In this document: positions 37,127-46,307 of the stretch, one piece after another
Position numbering within the stretch: the first letter of the stretch is position 1
Layout of the letters: every line of letters begins with the position of its first letter
Program-made: the position numbers and the translations under genes
IMG/VR virus record: IMGVR_UViG_3300015615_000196
Location: 64,001-128,000 of that record
Direction: 5' to 3' (one strand)
Length of the DNA: 64,000 nt
From: a virus
Taxonomy: Duplodnaviria > Caudoviricetes
Notes under the pieces: model-generated
Told to the model about the DNA's origin: nothing
Database searches by the model: none
What the model saw: the letters and a program-made list of their open reading frames with translations, nothing else

Positions 37127-37139
37127 TTGAAATTTTCGT

Positions 37140-37180
37140 AACCTTTATTTGGAGATTACGTATTTAAGGATATATCTTTG
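37140..37180 (+). promoter_or_regulatory. tandem AAC-N16-CGT and TAnnTTTG promoters for leader 3
   Basis: AACCTTTATTTGGAGATTACGTATTTA...TATCTTTG. Confidence 0.65.
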
Positions 37181-37213
37181 TGACACAAAAGCAGAGAGAA
37201 AAGTAAAAAGACA

Positions 37214-37297
37214 ATGAAAAAGATCGTAAACGTAGTTCCGCAACCCCAACATCAGCCACAAAACCTGTTGCTTGGGGATACTATGATCGTATCTTAA
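37214..37297 (+). CDS. leader peptide MKKIVNVVPQPQHQPQNLLLGDTMIVS (Pro/Gln/His sensor)
   Basis: 27-aa ORF; CCG CAA CCC CAA CAT CAG CCA CAA run; GCTTGGGG complementary to the terminator arm. Confidence 0.85.
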   Translation: MKKIVNVVPQPQHQPQNLLLGDTMIVS

Positions 37298-37317
37298 CTG
37301 TCGAAAAAGACATTTAG

Positions 37318-37355
37318 AAAACCCCCAAGCGTAAAGTTTGGGGGTTTTTTGTTTT
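37318..37355 (+). terminator. attenuator terminator of Pro/His/Gln array
   Basis: ACCCCCAAGC-GTAAA-GTTTGGGGGT-TTTTTGTTTT. Confidence 0.9.
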
Positions 37356-37359
37356 CTAT

Positions 37360-37434
37360 CGGGATGCGATCCATTAGGTGTGGTTACGTGTTTTGGAAAC
37401 ATGGTTATTGCTGGTTCGAGTCCAGTCATCCCGA
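37360..37434 (+). tRNA. tRNA-Pro(TGG)
   Basis: CGTGT-TTTGGAA-ACATG; CGGGATG/CATCCCG. Confidence 0.82.
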
Positions 37435-37495
37435 CCCGATGTAGACCGTTCGCACTGCAAAGACTGGTTCGCCAGATGCGTAGAAGTGCAAGTAT

Positions 37496-37569
37496 CGAGA
37501 GTGTGGTGTAATTGGATAAACACACTACAATCGGAATGTAGAGTTACGGTTCGAGTCCGGCACTCTCGA
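37496..37569 (+). tRNA. tRNA-Pro(CGG), 8-bp acceptor variant
   Basis: CTACA-ATCGGAA-TGTAG. Confidence 0.78.
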
Positions 37570-37618
37570 CAATTTTTCTTTAAAAGTATTTATTGGAAAC
37601 ATTAAACAAGTTTCCGAT

Positions 37619-37966
37619 ATGACAAGAGAAGAAAAACAGGTATACGATAGACGATGGTATGCTGAAAACAAAGACAGGTTAAAAGCCGAAAAAAACAAAA
37701 GAGGACGTGAAACACGGAGAAGAAACAGTAATTATATTACTGAATATTTGAAAAAACATCCTTGTGTTGATTGTGGTGAAAATGATCCAATCGTATTAGA
37801 ATTCGATCACATCGCAAAGAAAACAAAGAGTATTTCAGATATGATTCGTGGTGCATTTTCTCTTGAGACGATTAAAAATGAAATCAAAAAATGCGAAGTT
37901 AGATGTGCTAATTGTCATCGAAAGAAAACAGCAAAGCAATTTAACTGGCATCGTAACAGAGTGTAG
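37619..37966 (+). CDS. HNH endonuclease
   Basis: PCVDCG...LEFDH...KCEVRCANCHR. Confidence 0.85.
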   Translation: MTREEKQVYDRRWYAENKDRLKAEKNKRGRETRRRNSNYITEYLKKHPCVDCGENDPIVLEFDHIAKKTKSISDMIRGAFSLETIKNEIKKCEVRCANCHRKKTAKQFNWHRNRV

Positions 37967-38029
37967 TTCAGTTGGTAGAACGCTACATTTGGGATGTAGA
38001 GGCCGAGAGTTCGAGTCCCTCCACTCTGA
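37957..38029 (+). tRNA. tRNA-Pro(TGG)
   Basis: CTACA-TTTGGGA-TGTAG. Confidence 0.92.
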
Positions 38030-38224
38030 CTATGAAGTTCTTTGATGTAGTAGAAATTGGTGATAGTGTAATGGATGGAAAAGTTGTTGAGACAATAACG
38101 AACAAAACATCCAACTCTATCGAAGTTACCAGAACGGCTCGTTCGAAAAATGGTGTGGATTGTAAACAGTGGTTTACGATGAAAGATTTTGAAGATTCTT
38201 TTAAACCTTTAAATCAAACACACT

Positions 38225-38452
38225 ATGAACAAGAAAGAGTTAAAATGGAAAACGGAAATCTTGGAAAGAATTCCGAAGATGACCAATGAGGAAGTACTGG
38301 ATCAGTACTCGTATCTCTGCGGAGGTGATGACTACGATGGTTGCATGACTGATCGTGGACAATGGGAATTCGAAAAGATCACTGACGAATTGAGCAAACG
38401 CTTAATCGCCTGTGGATTTTTGAAGGAACACATTAATGCAGGAATGCATTAA
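38225..38452 (+). CDS. hypothetical protein
   Basis: 75-aa ORF in array. Confidence 0.5.
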   Translation: MNKKELKWKTEILERIPKMTNEEVLDQYSYLCGGDDYDGCMTDRGQWEFEKITDELSKRLIACGFLKEHINAGMH

Positions 38453-38458
38453 TGAAAT

Positions 38459-38533
38459 GGGTTAGGTAGCATAATTGGTTAATGCCCTTGACTGTGGATC
38501 AAGTGTATGCGGGTTCGAGACCCGTCCTAACCC
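38459..38533 (+). tRNA. tRNA-His(GTG)
   Basis: G-1/C73; CTTGA-CTGTGGA-TCAAG. Confidence 0.92.
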
Positions 38534-38552
38534 CTTAACGTACTTTGAAATT

Positions 38553-38774
38553 ATGGCACACAAAAAAACAACCGTACCGAAAGTTGAAGCTAAAGTAGTT
38601 TCGCTTACGATCCTTTGTCCAACATTGAACAAAGAAGTTATCGTTACCAGTGATTATTCTTTTTCAGGATATGAAGCAGAATGTGAACTGTGTGGATCGC
38701 ACGGTGAAGTGAAGGTGTGTATAATGAAATGTGAATGCGGTAAGACGCATGACATTCAACTTAGTTCTTGGTAA
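38553..38774 (+). CDS. small Cys-rich hypothetical protein
   Basis: CELCGSH...CECGKTH. Confidence 0.55.
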   Translation: MAHKKTTVPKVEAKVVSLTILCPTLNKEVIVTSDYSFSGYEAECELCGSHGEVKVCIMKCECGKTHDIQLSSW

Positions 38775-38816
38775 CTAACTTAGTAACTAAGAAATATCGG
38801 ACATGTCCGATAAAAT

Positions 38817-38889
38817 TGTCCTCTGGTGTAATTGGCAACACGCCTGACTTTGAATCAGGAGAGTTCAGGTTCGACCCCTGAGAGGACAA
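38817..38889 (+). tRNA. tRNA-Gln(TTG)
   Basis: CCTGA-CTTTGAA-TCAGG. Confidence 0.92.
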
Positions 38890-38890
38890 C

Positions 38891-38962
38891 TGCCGAATAG
38901 TATAATGGCGATTATTTCTGGCTCTGAACCAGAGGATGTGAGTTCGATTCTCACTTCGGTAT
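38891..38962 (+). tRNA. tRNA-Gln(CTG)
   Basis: TCTGG-CTCTGAA-CCAGA. Confidence 0.9.
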
Positions 38963-38968
38963 CTACAT

Positions 38969-39041
38969 GGTGTTTGTGTTGTAGTGGCTAACATACCAAA
39001 CTGTGAATTTGGAGAAGACGGATCGAAACCGTCCTTACACC
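38969..39041 (+). tRNA. tRNA-His(GTG)
   Basis: CCAAA-CTGTGAA-TTTGG. Confidence 0.82.
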
Positions 39042-39049
39042 CACTTGAT

Positions 39050-39122
39050 TGCTGAGTAGTATAATGGTTCATTACTGCCGCCTTTGAAGCGGAGGATGAA
39101 GGTTCGATTCCTTCCTCAGCGA
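39050..39122 (+). tRNA. tRNA-Gln(TTG)
   Basis: CCGC-CTTTGAA-GCGG. Confidence 0.88.
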
Positions 39123-39320
39123 CTTAAACCATCATTAGTTTTATCAAGTCATCTTTAGAGACTGGTACTACGATGGTCTTGAATGGGAGAAGCGGTAATC
39201 CAAATACCGTGATGTAACCTGTCTTCACAATATGAAAGTTTCTTTTGTATTCGTGAGTTTGAAGATTTACAGTTAACTCGTAATAGAAGCGAGTCACTCT
39301 TTTGATTCCAAAAATTTTCA

Positions 39321-39812
39321 TTAGTTGTGAATGATTAATTCTTTGTTCTTGTAATCGATGATCGCATCGTTGCTTCGTAAAAAGTCCGATCCCAAAACAC
39401 CAACTATTGGCATTCCATCTGCATCGAACGATTCAACCACAAGTTTCAAATTCGCTCCGAAAGGATAAACTTTCAACATGATACTGTCGTGCTCAAACTT
39501 ACAGTTGGCAACATTGTATCTGCTTGATAATCCACCTATCCCGGCCAATCGACTATCAGTCTCATTGAATGTAAATTTGTACTTGTCTGACTGATTGATG
39601 TCCAGCAGTGATGCAGCAGCACCAGTGTCAAGTAGAAGATTTGCATTGCGATTATTCAACTTTATCGGTACAAAGTATAAATACTTGTGATGAATCAATG
39701 CAATGGTTTTCGGTGTTTTGTCTTTAGAAATCGATTTCGAAGTTTTGAGTTGTTCTGGTCTGAATGATGCAAGTATTAGTAGGAGTGATATGAGGATCAC
39801 CATTCTTTTCAT
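39321..39812 (-). CDS. exported retropepsin-like aspartyl protease
   Basis: Signal peptide; LLDTGA; GVLGSDFL...IIDY. Confidence 0.85.
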   Translation of the reverse strand: MKRMVILISLLLILASFRPEQLKTSKSISKDKTPKTIALIHHKYLYFVPIKLNNRNANLLLDTGAAASLLDINQSDKYKFTFNETDSRLAGIGGLSSRYNVANCKFEHDSIMLKVYPFGANLKLVVESFDADGMPIVGVLGSDFLRSNDAIIDYKNKELIIHN

Positions 39813-39833
39813 GACCGTTGTATGTTTATGAAC

Positions 39834-40187
39834 TCAAATTTTGTAAACTCTTAGTTTCAATTTATAAATACGGGCTACATCAATCATGTTCTCGGAACCT
39901 CTTGAATTATTTTTCCAGAACACTACGCAAGCATCTGCGTACCTACCCATTTCTCCGTTTCTGATTGGCCCCGCACTTCTACCGTGCTTATTCCAGTCAG
40001 CAGGAAAGTATTTCACTGCGTGACCTTTCTCAATTGCGTACTGCTCTCCCAACGTATCAGCACCTCTTGCTTTTCCGCAAACGATTTCAACTGGTTCAGT
40101 TACATTTTGTAACAGGTGATCCAACTTCTCACTGAGAAATTTATAGTCCAAAAAATCTCTACTTCCGGCAACAATTAATTTGAACAT
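39834..40187 (-). CDS. YspA/SLOG-family (DUF2493-like) protein
   Basis: LIVAGSRDF, GKARGAD, ADW..HGRSAGPIRN. Confidence 0.8.
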   Translation of the reverse strand: MFKLIVAGSRDFLDYKFLSEKLDHLLQNVTEPVEIVCGKARGADTLGEQYAIEKGHAVKYFPADWNKHGRSAGPIRNGEMGRYADACVVFWKNNSRGSENMIDVARIYKLKLRVYKI

Positions 40188-40226
40188 GCCACAGATTTGT
40201 GTAAACTTACTAAAGTATTTATTGAT

Positions 40227-40895
40227 ATGCAAACACCCTTGAGCGATTTTTGGTTAACGGCTGATCCAATAGATTTCGAACACAAAAAATATCTCATGCT
40301 TGCCTATCAGCAGAAAATGCTGCACGATCTTACTCGCAAAAAACTTTACCCAAATCTCACTGACATCGTTGACAGATTAGCCTACGTCAATGACTTCCTT
40401 CGTAATATGGTTGACTTGGAAAACTCAGCAGTCGCTATCGATCACATTGATTGGCTCAAGAAAGAAGTTATCTACAAAACAAAAATCACAGACGAAACAT
40501 TTGAAGAGGTTCGAGATATTGCAATCATGTCACGAGATATTCTTGCTGACTTGTACATCCGCTATAAAAACTTCTACGATGAAGTTGATGGCAGTATAGT
40601 AATAAGTGGTACGAAGTTCACAGTCTTCGACAAGTACGATGGGTATCTTCAAGTAAAATATGATATGGGAAAGAAGGAGAAGATAATGTACTACGACATC
40701 TATCGTGTTATGTTTCCTGAACCAACATTTCACCTTCACACTTCAAAAGCATCAATGAAACAATACTTCGGTGAACGATTCAAAAAGAATATTTTTGAAG
40801 TCATTATGAATGAAAATTACCCGGCAAAGGAGACTGCCATTCCGGTATTTAGACGTAAGTTCTTATTGTACATTATGGGCAACTACGTACTGTAG
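40227..40895 (+). CDS. hypothetical protein
   Basis: PIDFEHKKYLMLAY...ETAIPVFRRK; probable start MQTPL. Confidence 0.6.
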   Translation: MQTPLSDFWLTADPIDFEHKKYLMLAYQQKMLHDLTRKKLYPNLTDIVDRLAYVNDFLRNMVDLENSAVAIDHIDWLKKEVIYKTKITDETFEEVRDIAIMSRDILADLYIRYKNFYDEVDGSIVISGTKFTVFDKYDGYLQVKYDMGKKEKIMYYDIYRVMFPEPTFHLHTSKASMKQYFGERFKKNIFEVIMNENYPAKETAIPVFRRKFLLYIMGNYVL

Positions 40896-41108
40896 TTACC
40901 ACTTCCCTTTGAGACAGCGTTTCTTTTTTGATCTCACAGAAGTTGAGATCGGACAATTACAAATCCCACATCTTACAATCGGATGTTTCTTGTAGTGCAT
41001 ACAATTAACGCAAATTGCCAAACGCTTTTTTGCAAGTTCTTCGGAAGCAGCATTCGGAAAGATTAGATTCTTCCAACCATCCATTATCAACTTCATTTCT
41101 TCTATCAT
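40896..41108 (-). CDS. small Zn-finger protein
   Basis: RLAICVNC...CGICNC...CLKGKW. Confidence 0.6.
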   Translation of the reverse strand: MIEEMKLIMDGWKNLIFPNAASEELAKKRLAICVNCMHYKKHPIVRCGICNCPISTSVRSKKKRCLKGKW

Positions 41109-41761
41109 GGCGTAGGTTGTACGGGATTTTGCTGTACAGGTGCTGGTTGCTGCGGTGCAGCAGGTTGTTTCTTTTGTTTCGGTTGTGGCTTCGGAATTCT
41201 TTGGATTGTGTTATCCAATTGTCCGATGTACTGCATCAACTGTGGTTCACTCATTTTCATAAATGTTTCCAGTGTTGAAAGTTTCGGCATCTTAAACGAT
41301 GCCACATCTTGCTTTGCAACGTTGGTTGTCTTACCAAAAAGATTCTTTGCTGGTTTCACCGTATCACTTACAGTCTTCACCTTTTGTAAACACTTCAAAA
41401 CCAAATTGTACTTCTTCGGATTTTCCTGTTGAAGCTGTGCCAAAATACCTTTTGCTTTTTTGATCTCTTGTGGTGTACCGTAGATACCATCGAAACTCGG
41501 TGTGTTATTTATTGCAACACCCGGCTTCAATTTCTTATTTGGGAAATCAAAATAGTTGATACCAATTAAATCCTTGTAGATGGCATTGGCAGCAACCTTC
41601 GGAGATAAAGCAAGATTTGTTGAGAGCCAGTCACTATAGTTGTCGAAGATTCTTTTAATGGGTTCGTTACCCAACATCGTCTTTCTATAGTTCTTGTCCT
41701 TATTGTAAAGTGCCTCTAAGTGATCGTACACTGCATCAACAAAAGAATTTACTTTACTCAT
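41105..41761 (-). CDS. hypothetical protein
   Basis: 218-aa ORF, P/Q tail. Confidence 0.55.
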   Translation of the reverse strand: MSKVNSFVDAVYDHLEALYNKDKNYRKTMLGNEPIKRIFDNYSDWLSTNLALSPKVAANAIYKDLIGINYFDFPNKKLKPGVAINNTPSFDGIYGTPQEIKKAKGILAQLQQENPKKYNLVLKCLQKVKTVSDTVKPAKNLFGKTTNVAKQDVASFKMPKLSTLETFMKMSEPQLMQYIGQLDNTIQRIPKPQPKQKKQPAAPQQPAPVQQNPVQPTP

Positions 41762-43679
41762 AGATCAATCGTCCTCCTTTTGAAACAAGTATGTGATATG
41801 CTTTGTTCTTCGCCTCAATGAGAGCATTGTGAAGAACTTCCTGTGCGGTAAGTCCGTTGTCGTAGATTCTCAACTTCTGGATACCACCCACCATCGATTT
41901 GTCGAAGATTTTTTCGATCAGTAATCCGTCTTTAGTCTTGTCTTTCACAAGTTTATCTGATCCGACAAATTTGAACTTGTCGAAGTAGTATGCAAATCCT
42001 GCATTGAGCGGGAAGTCTGACTTTACGAATAAACCAACTTTTACTTTCTGCTTGTTTGAATTGTGTTTGAGTCTGATCTTGTATCTGATTTCAAACCATT
42101 CATTCGGTTGTCCGTTGCCACCACCCAAGTAGCTGAACATATACGGTTGCTCTTCGATCACTTCAATATCCACATTGGCAGTGAAGAACAAACCAGTTTC
42201 ACCTGTTGCATATGTCGCAAAGATGTCTCGGTCGTAGAAGTTGACGGTAAACGTGTAATCTCGGTTACTAATCAAATCCAAGTCTTCCATATACTCCAAG
42301 TAGTATTCGTTGGTAGTTGTACCTGTCGTTCCACTATGCGTAATTGCAAGTACAGTGTTCGGAGTAATGTGCATCGGATCACAAGGATCAACATTATGGA
42401 AGGTCGTACTGTCTGCACTTACTGTAACGTATTTCGTCCATCCGGTAATCGGAGCAGGAGGGCAATCGTATACAACCGTAGGATTAACTACGAATGTATA
42501 TCCGGTCATTACCTGTGCTTCGGTGTTTTCATCGAAGATGGTACGTGGGTTCAAGTCCCAATGATATGAGTGCTTCAAGCCAAATGATCCACCACCCCAA
42601 CTAACGTTGTATGGTACACCTTCTTGTTTCTCTCTCGCGTTCTTGAAACCTCTGAAATAAAATTCATCAAAGTCTTTGATCTTCCAGAACTGTCTTCCGT
42701 TGACATAGATTATGAAGTCACCCTTTCTTAAATCTGCACAGTTGAGCAAATCAGGATCGGTGATGATGTCGTATGGTTTGAAAACAATCGTGATGATCGT
42801 CCAGCCTGTCTTTGACATTGCATGAACTGATTCTGCTGTTTCAATATGTCCTTCTGAATCGATTTTTGTATAGCCGATCTTTCTGTCTGATGACAAATAG
42901 AATCCGATAACATTATTGTAAATGTCATTCGGTAAATTTTCAATCGTAATTTCTTCCGTGTGATTCTGGTCGTTGATTGCTTTCTTCGCTACTGTGTACT
43001 CAGAAGTTGAATTCAAGAAATTATATTCGCTGGTTGTTACACCACTGAATGCCTTTTCACTTGATACGGTTTGGAATGTCCCCTTTGACCCGAATGTGAC
43101 CCCTGTGGTAGTTGCCGTGTACGTTACGCATTCTCCTGAGAAATATGGAATGTATTTGTCTTCGGCTCTTGCGCCCATGAGCAAGAAGTATCCATCGTTG
43201 AATGACTGTGGAGTCAAGTACACGATGGTTTCATATGTTACGCCCTTCGCATAACGATAAGGAAGGACTTGATAATCAAATTGTGAGAGTTTGAAGAAAC
43301 CTTGAAGGTATCCACCATCAACAATGAAATAGTTCCCGGTGGTCAAACCAGAGACTGTTGTTGCGGTTACTCCGGTGATCCCGTACCCATCGTAGAAGGT
43401 TCCACCCGTAGGTAGATTGTATCCAACACGGTAAAGGGTAAGTTTGTTGTCTTTCGGGGTTAATGTAAGAGAGTCAGTCATTTCATTGACTCTTCCATTG
43501 TCGAATCCGGTGAGACCGAAATCATAAAGGAAAAGGTCACTTGAAAAACCTCCCGACCATTTGGTTAGACTTACAGACGTGAAGCCAGTGTTCAAATTCC
43601 ACGACTTCAAGCTGGTAAGGTCAATATATGCTGCCAAATCATCGTAGATGATTGTACTTAGACACGATAAATCTCTCAT
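41754..43679 (-). CDS. putative virion structural protein (LamG/ConA-like C-terminus)
   Basis: IYVNGR...GGIQKLRIYDNGLT; TATTTATA upstream. Confidence 0.6.
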   Translation of the reverse strand: MRDLSCLSTIIYDDLAAYIDLTSLKSWNLNTGFTSVSLTKWSGGFSSDLFLYDFGLTGFDNGRVNEMTDSLTLTPKDNKLTLYRVGYNLPTGGTFYDGYGITGVTATTVSGLTTGNYFIVDGGYLQGFFKLSQFDYQVLPYRYAKGVTYETIVYLTPQSFNDGYFLLMGARAEDKYIPYFSGECVTYTATTTGVTFGSKGTFQTVSSEKAFSGVTTSEYNFLNSTSEYTVAKKAINDQNHTEEITIENLPNDIYNNVIGFYLSSDRKIGYTKIDSEGHIETAESVHAMSKTGWTIITIVFKPYDIITDPDLLNCADLRKGDFIIYVNGRQFWKIKDFDEFYFRGFKNAREKQEGVPYNVSWGGGSFGLKHSYHWDLNPRTIFDENTEAQVMTGYTFVVNPTVVYDCPPAPITGWTKYVTVSADSTTFHNVDPCDPMHITPNTVLAITHSGTTGTTTNEYYLEYMEDLDLISNRDYTFTVNFYDRDIFATYATGETGLFFTANVDIEVIEEQPYMFSYLGGGNGQPNEWFEIRYKIRLKHNSNKQKVKVGLFVKSDFPLNAGFAYYFDKFKFVGSDKLVKDKTKDGLLIEKIFDKSMVGGIQKLRIYDNGLTAQEVLHNALIEAKNKAYHILVSKGGRLIYE

Positions 43680-43785
43680 TTTTGGACTTTTTTATAAATA
43701 CTAATCGCCAATCGAACGATTAGATTTTCTTGGAATTGAAAACTCCTGTTTGATCAAATTTCCGTATTTATAAAAAACTATATTG

Positions 43786-44994
43786 ATGGCAAACCGCTCA
43801 CAAGATCAAATCACAGAGAAGAAAAAGAAAAAACATTCCCTACGTGGATATTTAGGGCTTCCGATAAGCGGAGTGCTTTACAGTGCCCCACAATTTTCTT
43901 CTTACGATGGCGATAGCAGTGATGTCAGCGAAATGATCAAAGTTGCGAAGTCACTTCAAGAAACTATTGAAGAGACAGGCAAGAAGTACGAAGTCTATGA
44001 TGTTACGGAGAATGACGGTATTCAAAGATACACCGCTCAGTTCCAACCGGACATGAAGGACAAGGAAGTCGGAAGTTTCCCGTACAACGAAAGCAAGTAT
44101 GTCGTAACGATCAAGAATCCTGACGATGGCAAAATTGTCACAATTGGTCAAAATCCACCTGATCACGAAAAGCAGTTAATGGAAAAAGACAAGAAGAAAC
44201 CAGAACCAAAGCACATTAGACATTGGTCTGCAAAATATTGGGACAAGACTCCGATCAAGAAAATCCTTTCTGAAATTATCGAACCGGATTCAGTTGACGT
44301 ATCATTGTTGAAATTCAACGATGAACTTAATCCTGAATTGTGGGATGGAGATAAATTGAAGGAAGATGTACGCACCGCTCTCTTGAAGATAGCAGTTGCT
44401 TTCATCAAGTCATGCAAGATCGAAGAATACCAGTACAAGGATATTGTGTTTGTCGGCAGTAACGCCAACTACACATATACTCCGGCATCTGACATCGACA
44501 TCCATATTGTAATGGACTTCGATCAGTTCAATGTAAAAGATGATGCGATACTTGGTGAGTACTTCGATGCAAAAAAGGACATCTGGTCAAACGTCCACGA
44601 TATTAATGTACACGGTCATACCGTTGAATGCTACGTTCAGAATTCACAAGAACCATACACTTCGTTTGGCGTATACTCATTAGTTAATGATGAATGGGTA
44701 AGAGAACCAATCAAGAAGATGGTTAGTGTTGATGAAGGAGACATTCAACTCAAAGCAGCAGCGTACATGAACACTATCGATAAACTTGAAGAGCGTTTCA
44801 AGAAAGGCGAAGATGTTACTGCTGAGGCAAAGAAAGTGAAGGACAAACTCAAGAAGATCAGACAGAACAGTCTTCAAAAGGAAGGTGAATACTCGGTTGA
44901 AAATCTCGTATTTAAGGTTTTACGTAACAGTGGTTACTTGGAAAAATTGATTGATCTCAAGAATAACAGCATTGATAAAAGTCTCTCAGTATAA
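43786..44994 (+). CDS. Pol-beta-superfamily nucleotidyltransferase
   Basis: GSNANY...SDIDIH...VECYVQ; GEYSVENLVFKVLR. Confidence 0.78.
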   Translation: MANRSQDQITEKKKKKHSLRGYLGLPISGVLYSAPQFSSYDGDSSDVSEMIKVAKSLQETIEETGKKYEVYDVTENDGIQRYTAQFQPDMKDKEVGSFPYNESKYVVTIKNPDDGKIVTIGQNPPDHEKQLMEKDKKKPEPKHIRHWSAKYWDKTPIKKILSEIIEPDSVDVSLLKFNDELNPELWDGDKLKEDVRTALLKIAVAFIKSCKIEEYQYKDIVFVGSNANYTYTPASDIDIHIVMDFDQFNVKDDAILGEYFDAKKDIWSNVHDINVHGHTVECYVQNSQEPYTSFGVYSLVNDEWVREPIKKMVSVDEGDIQLKAAAYMNTIDKLEERFKKGEDVTAEAKKVKDKLKKIRQNSLQKEGEYSVENLVFKVLRNSGYLEKLIDLKNNSIDKSLSV

Positions 44995-46268
44995 TGGCAA
45001 AGCAATATTACATCACGGAAACACAGTATCGTAAACTTATCGAAGCAAAAAAATCGAGACAGGACACATACCGTACAATCTGTGAAGAAATTGATAAGAA
45101 GAAGAAAACGTTGACCGAAGCTACCCAATTAAATGAAGGTATTATTGATACCATCAAGAAATATTGGAGAGCAGGTGCATTGACTGCCGGAATTCTTGCT
45201 TCATTACTTGCAGCACAAAAAGTTGATGCGCAGCAATTGCAACAAGCAGGTGTTCCTACTGAAATGGTTCAACAAGCACAGGAACAGATTAAATTCAATC
45301 CTTCGCAGATGACGAACCAACAGATTGAAAAGCGTCTTGTCCAGATCATGAAGCAAAACCATTTGAAAGGATCGCTTCAACAATACCATGCTTTGAATCC
45401 ACAACAGAAGGAGAACATCCTTAATGGTATAAAGAAACAAATCACTTCGTTGGATGACATCAATGCAGTAAGCATTGGTGACTGGCAGAAGGAATTCAAT
45501 TCATCGGACAATGCAATAGAATTTGCCCAACACCATGAGTCAATGGTAACTGTAGAAACAGTTGACACTGTTTCAACCGTACCACTTATGAAAAGTTTTG
45601 CAAAGAACTCAGCAGTGCTTTCAAATCCAGAACAATTAAAGGCCGAATTAGATTCGTTGATAGAAGGCTATACTGAAATTGATTCTATTGTGATCGAGAC
45701 ATCATCAAGCACAACCAGAAATACTGGCCCATCAGAAGGAATGACATGGTTGGAACTTTCAACTCAAAGAGCCAATGCAGTCGCTCAAATTTTAATAGGT
45801 CAGAACATTGATCTTGGTGGCGAAGGTGTGAATATCGTTGGGAAGATTACCCCGGAAATGATCCACATCAATGCTCAAGGCGAAAATGGTGACGGAACCA
45901 GTGGGCCAAAAAGTCCATATGAAGTAAATCCTCAATATGTACAGTCATATAAAGAAAGAGGTATCGATCCTAAATTCTGGCAATCAGCAGCAAAAGATGC
46001 ACCGTATCCAGAACAAGAACTTTACAAATACAATCTCCACCAAAAAGTTAACATAAAGATATACGCTCGTGTAGTAAAAACCGAAACCAAGGACGTACCA
46101 TCATACCGATATGTGTTCTTGAATGTAAAAAATCTTGGTGGTAATATTGAAACAGGTACTCAGGTAAAGAAACAGAACTATAAAAAATGTCCTGTTAAAA
46201 CTGATCAACATCAGGCACACCCTGACAGTCCGAATCAATCAAAACACCATGTACCAAATCATCATTAA
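44994..46268 (+). CDS. hypothetical (putative virion) protein
   Basis: ITETQYRKLIE N-terminal motif; LSTQRANAV OmpA-like helix. Confidence 0.55.
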   Translation: MAKQYYITETQYRKLIEAKKSRQDTYRTICEEIDKKKKTLTEATQLNEGIIDTIKKYWRAGALTAGILASLLAAQKVDAQQLQQAGVPTEMVQQAQEQIKFNPSQMTNQQIEKRLVQIMKQNHLKGSLQQYHALNPQQKENILNGIKKQITSLDDINAVSIGDWQKEFNSSDNAIEFAQHHESMVTVETVDTVSTVPLMKSFAKNSAVLSNPEQLKAELDSLIEGYTEIDSIVIETSSSTTRNTGPSEGMTWLELSTQRANAVAQILIGQNIDLGGEGVNIVGKITPEMIHINAQGENGDGTSGPKSPYEVNPQYVQSYKERGIDPKFWQSAAKDAPYPEQELYKYNLHQKVNIKIYARVVKTETKDVPSYRYVFLNVKNLGGNIETGTQVKKQNYKKCPVKTDQHQAHPDSPNQSKHHVPNHH

Positions 46269-46300
46269 TAAAAAACCCCCGACTTCGGGGGTTTTCACTT
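46268..46300. terminator. bidirectional intrinsic terminator
   Basis: AAAAAACCCCCGACTTCGGGGGTTTT. Confidence 0.8.
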
Positions 46301-46307
46301 TTTGGGT

